DNA of 23,336 nt, from assembly GCA_031422435.1 (NCBI GenBank), contig JANPLU010000011.1, positions 1-23,336 of the forward strand. Direction: 5' to 3'. The notes beneath the pieces were generated by a model. The model was not told where the DNA came from. It saw only the letters and a list, made by a program, of their open reading frames with translations, and did not search any database. This stretch comes from Acaryochloridaceae cyanobacterium VAR_48_metabat_390. GTDB lineage: Bacteria; Cyanobacteriota; Cyanobacteriia; Thermosynechococcales; Thermosynechococcaceae. Position 1 is the stretch's first letter, and each line of letters starts with the position of its first letter. This document shows, one piece after another, positions 18,429 to 23,336 of the stretch. A program made the translations under genes and the position numbers.

Positions 18429-19178
18429 CTACGCGATCGCCACTTCAGAAGTCGGCGCAGTCGTTACGCCCTGAAAGAAGTAGCCCGTGCCCCAATCCGT
18501 GTGGATAAACTCAGGATTTTTAGGATTATCGCCAATCTTAGAACGCAGCCGCGAAACATGCACATCTACCACACGCATATCGGCATAATGACGAGGGCTA
18601 TAGCCCCACACCTTCTGCAAAATATCCGCACGGGAGACGGTTTTACCAGCGTTACCTGCCAATAGCTCTAGTAGGTCAAACTCCATCCCCGTGAGCTGAA
18701 TGCGCTCGCCGTTGAGAAACACCTGGCGTTTATAGGTTTCAATCCGTAGCGGGCCTGCCAATAGAACCCCTGCCACGGGGTTGTCTGAAGACACCGCCAT
18801 GCTGCCGCCCTGCACCCGCCGCAAAATGACGTTAATACGCTCCTCTAGCTCTTTCGGAGAAAATGGCTTTGGTAAGTAATCATCTGCACCCATCTGAAGA
18901 CCCGTAATGCGGTCTGCAACATCTCCCAGAGCGGTCAGCATAATGATGGGAATGCCCGTAGACTTACGCAGCTCCTGGCAAACTTCTAGGCCATTCAGCT
19001 TGGGCATCATCACGTCTAGCACCACAAGGTCAGGCTTTTCTTTCTCAAAAACCTCAAGGGCTTCAGCACCATCACAGGCTACAGCCACCTCATATCCCAC
19101 CATCGTTAGGCGCGTCGTTAGAATGCGCCGAATCATGGCTTCATCATCGACAATTAAAATTTTCTTTTTACGACTCAC
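18429..19178 (-). CDS. OmpR-family response regulator, divergent RpaB/Ycf27-like paralogue
   Basis: ILIVDDE, PDLVVLDVMMPKL, IIMLTALGDVADRITGL, GADDY, KPFSPKEL; wHTH domain with RVVDVHVSRLRSK and GTGYFFQ. GTG start. Confidence 0.88.
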   Translation of the reverse strand: MSRKKKILIVDDEAMIRRILTTRLTMVGYEVAVACDGAEALEVFEKEKPDLVVLDVMMPKLNGLEVCQELRKSTGIPIIMLTALGDVADRITGLQMGADDYLPKPFSPKELEERINVILRRVQGGSMAVSSDNPVAGVLLAGPLRIETYKRQVFLNGERIQLTGMEFDLLELLAGNAGKTVSRADILQKVWGYSPRHYADMRVVDVHVSRLRSKIGDNPKNPEFIHTDWGTGYFFQGVTTAPTSEVAIA

Positions 19179-19560
19179 CGGATGGCCCCACTTTTGCTTA
19201 AATGAGTTGTTAAATTTAGGTTGAATTGCTGCCTAAGAACGAACATCTCGCCGCTATGTAGTCTTGGCGCAGTGCAGCAGAATAAATTGAGAAAATGATA
19301 AGGCGTCCTGATAACAAATGATAACAGACATCCTGCAACGATTTCACCCCAAGTTCATTGCAGTTGTTAAGGTCAGCAATTGTTAAGGCTTGTGGCAGTT
19401 CTATTAATTTCGGTTTCATCGCGGGTTGAGGCATTAGACCGAGCTGGTATTATCCAATGGCTCAAGCGATGAGCGCGTAGATGTCACTTGAATGCAGTAT
19501 GTATTGAAGGCTTGTCTGCGCTCTACTGACGCAATCAGCATAGGGAATCAGTTTGAGGCT

Positions 19561-19845
19561 ATGGCAAATCCCTTCATTGCGGTGAGAATTACCCCCGAAC
19601 TGGACGCGGCGATCGCCGCACGAATGCAGGAAACGGGTCAATCCAAATCGGATGTGGTGATTGAATAACTCAAGTCCTATTTGGGCATCATGCCATTTAC
19701 GCAGCGATTGACCGTGATTGAGCAACGGCTGACCGCTTTAGAGGTTTTTGCCGAAAGTGTCGAAGGTCCCCTGCGATCGCATTCTACGGATCGATCCTCT
19801 TTGCCATCGCCGTCTGCGCATCTATCAGAACACTCTGGACACTAG
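19561..19845 (+). pseudogene. Ribbon-helix-helix (CopG-like) DNA-binding protein interrupted by an in-frame TAA
   Basis: Manual translation: MANPFIAVRITPELDAAIAARMQETGQSKSDVVIE*LKSYLGIMPFTQRLTVIEQRLTALEVFAES...SGH*. GAGG RBS at 19555-19558; stop at 19666-19668; two HIP1 sites inside. Confidence 0.7.
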
Positions 19846-19973
19846 GCAGAATGGGTACTGCCACTGCTGCCCGATTAATCTTTAATCAGTGGCGCTGACT
19901 TGCCACCGAAACTCTTAAGACTTACTGTATCAAGCAGAAGACTAATTATGTTTAGAGTGGTCTTGGTTAAGTT

Positions 19974-21047
19974 ATGGCTGCAAGTCTCATAAATGAGCGA
20001 CCCACAAAGCCCAGTTCACTTCTGTTTGAGAACTGCGTTTTATTTGGCGGCACAGGATTTATTGGCACTCACTTTGCGCGCTTTTTGCTCGCCAATCATT
20101 TAGCAAAAACGATTATCCTGGCGGACATCGAGCCACCCAATAAGCCGCTGTGGTCATCGGCTGCTTGCAAAGAACTGAGCGATCCGCGCGTACGCTACGT
20201 CTCTGTAGACGTTTGTTTACCCATTAGCCATGCTGATTTGCCAGAAAGTGCTGATTTAATTCTCAACTTTGCCGCCATTCACCGTGAACCAGGACACGAA
20301 CCCCAGGAATACTTTGAGACGAACCTAAAGGGCGCTGAAAATGTCTGTCAGTGGGCAGAAACAGTCGGCTGTAAAACCATCGTCTTCACCAGCAGTATTT
20401 CGCCCTATGGCCCCACCGAAGAGGAGAAAAACGAGCAGTCTCTGCCCGTGCCCGTGACCGCCTACGGTGCTTCTAAGCTGGCTGCCGAGAAAATTCATTT
20501 GGCTTGGCAGCGTGGCGGAGATGACCGCAAACTGGTGATCATTCGTCCGGGCGTTGTGTTTGGTCCTGGGGAAGGCGGCAATGTAAGCCGTCTGGTACGC
20601 TCGATTGTCAAAGGCTATTTTTTCTATGCAGGCAACCAAAATACCCGTAAGGCGGGCGGCTACGTGAAAGAACTTTGCAACGCCATTTTGTGGGTCTTAG
20701 CCTGGCAGCGGCAAAAAGAGCAAAACGTAACGCTGTTTAACTTCTCAGCAGACCCTACTCCCACCCTTGAAGAGTACGTCAACGCCGTCTGTAATGTCGC
20801 CCAGATTGAGCGCGCGACGCTCAAGGTTCCCTACTCACTATTACTGGGGGTGTCTTACCCTATTGCTCAATTGGCTAAAGCCTTTGGGCTTAAGCAGCCC
20901 ATTGACCCCGTTCGGATTCGCAAATTGGTGCGCTCTAACAATATCGTGCCAGATTTTCTGCGATCCGTGGGTTACCCGTATCAGTACACGCTTCAAAAGG
21001 CGTTAGAAGACTGGAAGCAAGAGAAACCGGAAGACTGGGCAAAATGA
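19974..21047 (+). CDS. NAD-dependent epimerase/dehydratase (extended SDR)
   Basis: GGTGFIG, FAAIHREP, FTSS, YGASK and RPGVVFGPG motifs. Confidence 0.9.
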   Translation: MAASLINERPTKPSSLLFENCVLFGGTGFIGTHFARFLLANHLAKTIILADIEPPNKPLWSSAACKELSDPRVRYVSVDVCLPISHADLPESADLILNFAAIHREPGHEPQEYFETNLKGAENVCQWAETVGCKTIVFTSSISPYGPTEEEKNEQSLPVPVTAYGASKLAAEKIHLAWQRGGDDRKLVIIRPGVVFGPGEGGNVSRLVRSIVKGYFFYAGNQNTRKAGGYVKELCNAILWVLAWQRQKEQNVTLFNFSADPTPTLEEYVNAVCNVAQIERATLKVPYSLLLGVSYPIAQLAKAFGLKQPIDPVRIRKLVRSNNIVPDFLRSVGYPYQYTLQKALEDWKQEKPEDWAK

Positions 21048-21057
21048 TAAGAGAGTG

Positions 21058-21097
21058 GAGTAGGGACGGTCTGCTTAAGACCTTTCTTGCCCTACTC
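21058..21097. repeat. Imperfect GTAG-type (REP-like) hairpin
   Basis: GAGTAGGG-AC-GGTCT-gctta-AGACC-tttcttg-CCCTACTC in the intergenic space between the epimerase and rfbC. Confidence 0.45.
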
Positions 21098-21148
21098 ATA
21101 GATTTAGCTCAAGATCTCTCAAACTTTAGCTTCTTAACAACTAGGCTC

Positions 21149-21703
21149 ATGCAAATTCTAGAAACAACTTTACCAGGCGTACTGCTGATTGAGCCGCGCG
21201 TATTCACTGATGATCGGGGGTTCTTTTTTGAGTCCTACAGTGAAAAACGCGCTTGGGATGCTGGCCTACAGGTCAAGTTTGTGCAGGATAATCATTCTTC
21301 TTCTAAGCAAGGCACCTTGAGAGGGCTGCACTATCAGCTTCAAAACCCTCAGGGGAAACTTGTGCGGGTTGCCATGGGAGAAGTGTTTGATGTTGCGGTA
21401 GATATCCGTCAAGGTTCCCCTACGTTTGGGCAGTGGTATGGTGCGTATCTCTCTGCTGAGAATCGGCGACAGCTCTATGTGCCGCCAGGGTTTGCTCATG
21501 GATTTTGCGTCCTGAGCGAAACCGCCGATTTTTTATACAAATGCACCGACTTCTATACCCCTGGGGATGAGTATGGGATTTATTGGGATGACCCAGACAT
21601 TGGGATTCACTGGCAGATCGAAAATCCGGTCTTGTCTGACAAAGATGCGATCGCCCCGCACCTTAAGGATGCAGCCCACCAACTCCCCACGTATCAAGGT
21701 TAA
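21149..21703 (+). CDS. rfbC: dTDP-4-dehydrorhamnose 3,5-epimerase
   Basis: DDRGFFFE, FVQDNHS, LRGLHYQ, QGKLVR, DVAVDIR, GFAHGF, YKC, LSDKD. ATG at 21149 (MQILET) fits the family N-terminus. Confidence 0.95.
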   Translation: MQILETTLPGVLLIEPRVFTDDRGFFFESYSEKRAWDAGLQVKFVQDNHSSSKQGTLRGLHYQLQNPQGKLVRVAMGEVFDVAVDIRQGSPTFGQWYGAYLSAENRRQLYVPPGFAHGFCVLSETADFLYKCTDFYTPGDEYGIYWDDPDIGIHWQIENPVLSDKDAIAPHLKDAAHQLPTYQG

Positions 21704-21728
21704 TGACCGTTAGGATGAAACGGGAAAA

Positions 21729-22247
21729 CTAATCAAAGTAAAAGAGCGTGATGAGCTTGCGCTGGTCTTCGGCTTCTTCGCAGGTTTGCAGTAGCGTGCG
21801 ACTGTCGTGGTAGGCAAAGCACACCAACTGCTGACAGCGGGTGATAATCTCTTGGTTGCACAGAGCGCTGGCTTCGCCAAGCGTAAGATGATCGTTTTCG
21901 GGTTTTTCGACCAGGTGCATTACCTGCTCAAGCTGAGCGCGAGATTCATCGGGCTGGCGTTGAAGGCTTTGGGGCAGCACCACCGTGAGCAGATTGGGAT
22001 CGGCGCGCATTGCGCCTCGAATCGCGGCGGCATTGGTGCCCGTTGCGCCAGAGGTGAGGAGGCGATTCCCCGATAGCACTAGCGCGTAGCTCAGCATCTC
22101 AATCATGTACTGATGAATAATGGGCACATGGCGAGAACCCAACATTGCAATGCGCTTTGAACCCGTTTGCTGAATGCTTGCTAATTCCTGAAGAAAGTCA
22201 TCCACTTTCGGATCGGCGATCTGGGGCATGTCAATAGATTGGCTCAA
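21729..22247 (-). CDS. Conserved cyanobacterial DprA/Smf-fold protein (often annotated 'DNA recombination-mediator protein A')
   Basis: KRIAMLGSRHV, TSGATGTNAAAIRGA, LTVVLPQS, CNQEII, CFAYHDSRTL, TLFYFD. TTG start 26 bp after miaA. Confidence 0.75.
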   Translation of the reverse strand: MSQSIDMPQIADPKVDDFLQELASIQQTGSKRIAMLGSRHVPIIHQYMIEMLSYALVLSGNRLLTSGATGTNAAAIRGAMRADPNLLTVVLPQSLQRQPDESRAQLEQVMHLVEKPENDHLTLGEASALCNQEIITRCQQLVCFAYHDSRTLLQTCEEAEDQRKLITLFYFD

Positions 22248-22273
22248 TGGGTTGCTCTGCCGAAACTACGCCG

Positions 22274-23236
22274 CTATTTTAGCAAAGCTGAGCGATCTTT
22301 TTCTGAATTCTCTAAATCGCTGTCTTTAAGGGATCCTAGAAACGATTCGATGAGGCTCCAAGCCGTTTGCCCTAAGTTTTCATCGAGGGCATTTAGCCAC
22401 TGAATCTCTGGATTTGCCCTAAACCAGGTGCGCTGCCGCTTCGCAAATTGTCGCGTGTGCAGCACAATGGCGGCGATCGCCTCCTCCAACGTATACTCTC
22501 CCTTCAGATATTGGCACAGCTCGGCATAGCCCAAGGTTTTAAGCAGCGGGAGTTCTGCGCCGTAATGAGCCATGATTTGCTGAACTTCCTCAACCCATCC
22601 CTGCTGAATCATTTGCGCCGTCCTGCGCTGAATGAGGGCTACCTGCTGGTCGAGATCTGGAACATCCAAACCAATCTGCAAAATGGGGTAGCTGGGCGGA
22701 TTGCTCCCCTGCTGCGCTGAAAGGGGAATGCCTGTGGTGTAAAACACCTCCAAAGCACGCAGCGTTCTGACCTGATCGTTGGGGTGAACCTTGAGGGCAG
22801 AGGGCGGATCTATCTGCTGGAGCCACTGATATCGCTCTTGCTGAGAGACTGTGGTGAGCTGCGATCGCAGTTCCATCTGGGGCGGCACACGCGGGATCTT
22901 TAGGCCATTTACCACAGACTGAATATAAAGCCCTGTGCCGCCCACTAAAACCGGCACAATCCCCTGACGCTGAAAATCTGCAATTAAACCTTGGGCGAGA
23001 GATTGATACTCCGCAACGGTAAACGTAGCGTCTGGTGGGCATAAATCCAGTAAGTAGTGTGGGACTCTAGCGCAGTCTGATCGCGAAGGTTTAGCAGTCC
23101 CAATGTTAAATGCCTCATACACCTGACGAGAATCTGCACTCAAAATTGGGGCACCTAGGCGTTCAGCTAGGGTGAGTGCCAGACTAGATTTTCCGGTGGC
23201 GGTTGCGCCACAGATCACGATGAGGGCAGGCTTCAT
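22274..23236 (-). CDS. miaA: tRNA (adenosine(37)-N6)-dimethylallyltransferase
   Basis: GATATGKS, SADSRQVY, IGTAKP, VPHYLLD, VGGTGLY, RTLRALEV, TLGYAE, TRQFAKRQRTWF. Confidence 0.97.
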   Translation of the reverse strand: MKPALIVICGATATGKSSLALTLAERLGAPILSADSRQVYEAFNIGTAKPSRSDCARVPHYLLDLCPPDATFTVAEYQSLAQGLIADFQRQGIVPVLVGGTGLYIQSVVNGLKIPRVPPQMELRSQLTTVSQQERYQWLQQIDPPSALKVHPNDQVRTLRALEVFYTTGIPLSAQQGSNPPSYPILQIGLDVPDLDQQVALIQRRTAQMIQQGWVEEVQQIMAHYGAELPLLKTLGYAELCQYLKGEYTLEEAIAAIVLHTRQFAKRQRTWFRANPEIQWLNALDENLGQTAWSLIESFLGSLKDSDLENSEKDRSALLK

Positions 23237-23278
23237 AAGCGATTGGCTAGGATGATGGGTCTAAAACCCACACCTTGC

Positions 23279-23336
23279 ACGCCCTCATCCCCTAGCCCCT
23301 TCTCCCTAGGGAGAAGGGGCTAGGGGATGAGGGCGT
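23279..23336. repeat. Perfect 58-bp palindrome made of a cyanobacterial short dispersed repeat (CCCTCATCCCC..CCCCTTCTCCC type)
   Basis: ACGCCCTCATCCCCTAGCCCCTTCTCCCT followed directly by its exact reverse complement, with no spacer; runs to the window end. Confidence 0.85.

Larger units (their letters stand above)
495..22868. repeat. HIP1 octamer (GCGATCGC), dispersed
   Basis: About 27 copies by manual scan (e.g. 495, 1150, 1450, 1891, 3332, 3357, 4338, 4819, 5220, 5483, 5731, 9591, 9731, 11159, 16373, 18151, 19609, 22861). Fewer than one copy is expected by chance in 23 kb. Confidence 0.92.

Noticed and set aside
19462..19725. 87-aa minus-strand ORF (and 19216..19434)
   Set aside because: The first is antisense to the better-supported RHH frame; the second covers the probable promoter region. 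Neither has recognisable motifs.
21044..21148. 35-aa N-terminal extension of RfbC in the ORF track
   Set aside because: No family resemblance, and it spans an intergenic hairpin; ATG at 21149 matches the normal RfbC start.
22590..23042. 150-aa alternative-frame ORF inside miaA
   Set aside because: Off-frame overlap with a conserved gene; composition typical of spurious frames.
1..23336. CRISPR array, tRNA/rRNA, IS/transposase, integrase or prophage genes
   Set aside because: No regularly spaced repeats, RNA-gene signatures or recombinase motifs were seen.

Overview
Cyanobacterial chromosomal segment: the HIP1 octamer GCGATCGC occurs about 27 times by manual count, and an RpaB-like regulator, DUF29, DUF1997 and DUF4912 genes are present. 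The left end carries a HIP1-rich three-gene fatty-acid beta-oxidation-type operon (FadD-like acyl-CoA ligase, FadN-type 3-hydroxyacyl-CoA dehydrogenase/enoyl-CoA hydratase, FadA thiolase). This is unexpected because cyanobacteria are generally described as lacking beta-oxidation. No acyl-CoA dehydrogenase lies in the window, and the FadD-like protein is full length but has lost four hallmark adenylation motifs, so it looks like a pseudo-enzyme. Next come DUF29 and an AT-richer, HIP1-free, probably secreted S8 subtilase homologue with all three catalytic-triad residues and the oxyanion Asn substituted (a second pseudo-enzyme). The rest is mostly conserved cyanobacterial genes: DUF4912, a Spy/CpxP-like protein, DUF1997, a phosphodiester glycosidase-cupin-iscA cluster, a U32/RlhA-like protein, a divergent RpaB paralogue, an NAD-dependent epimerase, rfbC, a DprA/Smf-fold protein and miaA. 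Also present are an unannotated ribbon-helix-helix ORF broken by one in-frame TAA and a perfect 58-bp palindrome at the window end. All family calls come from motif recognition by eye; no database search was run.
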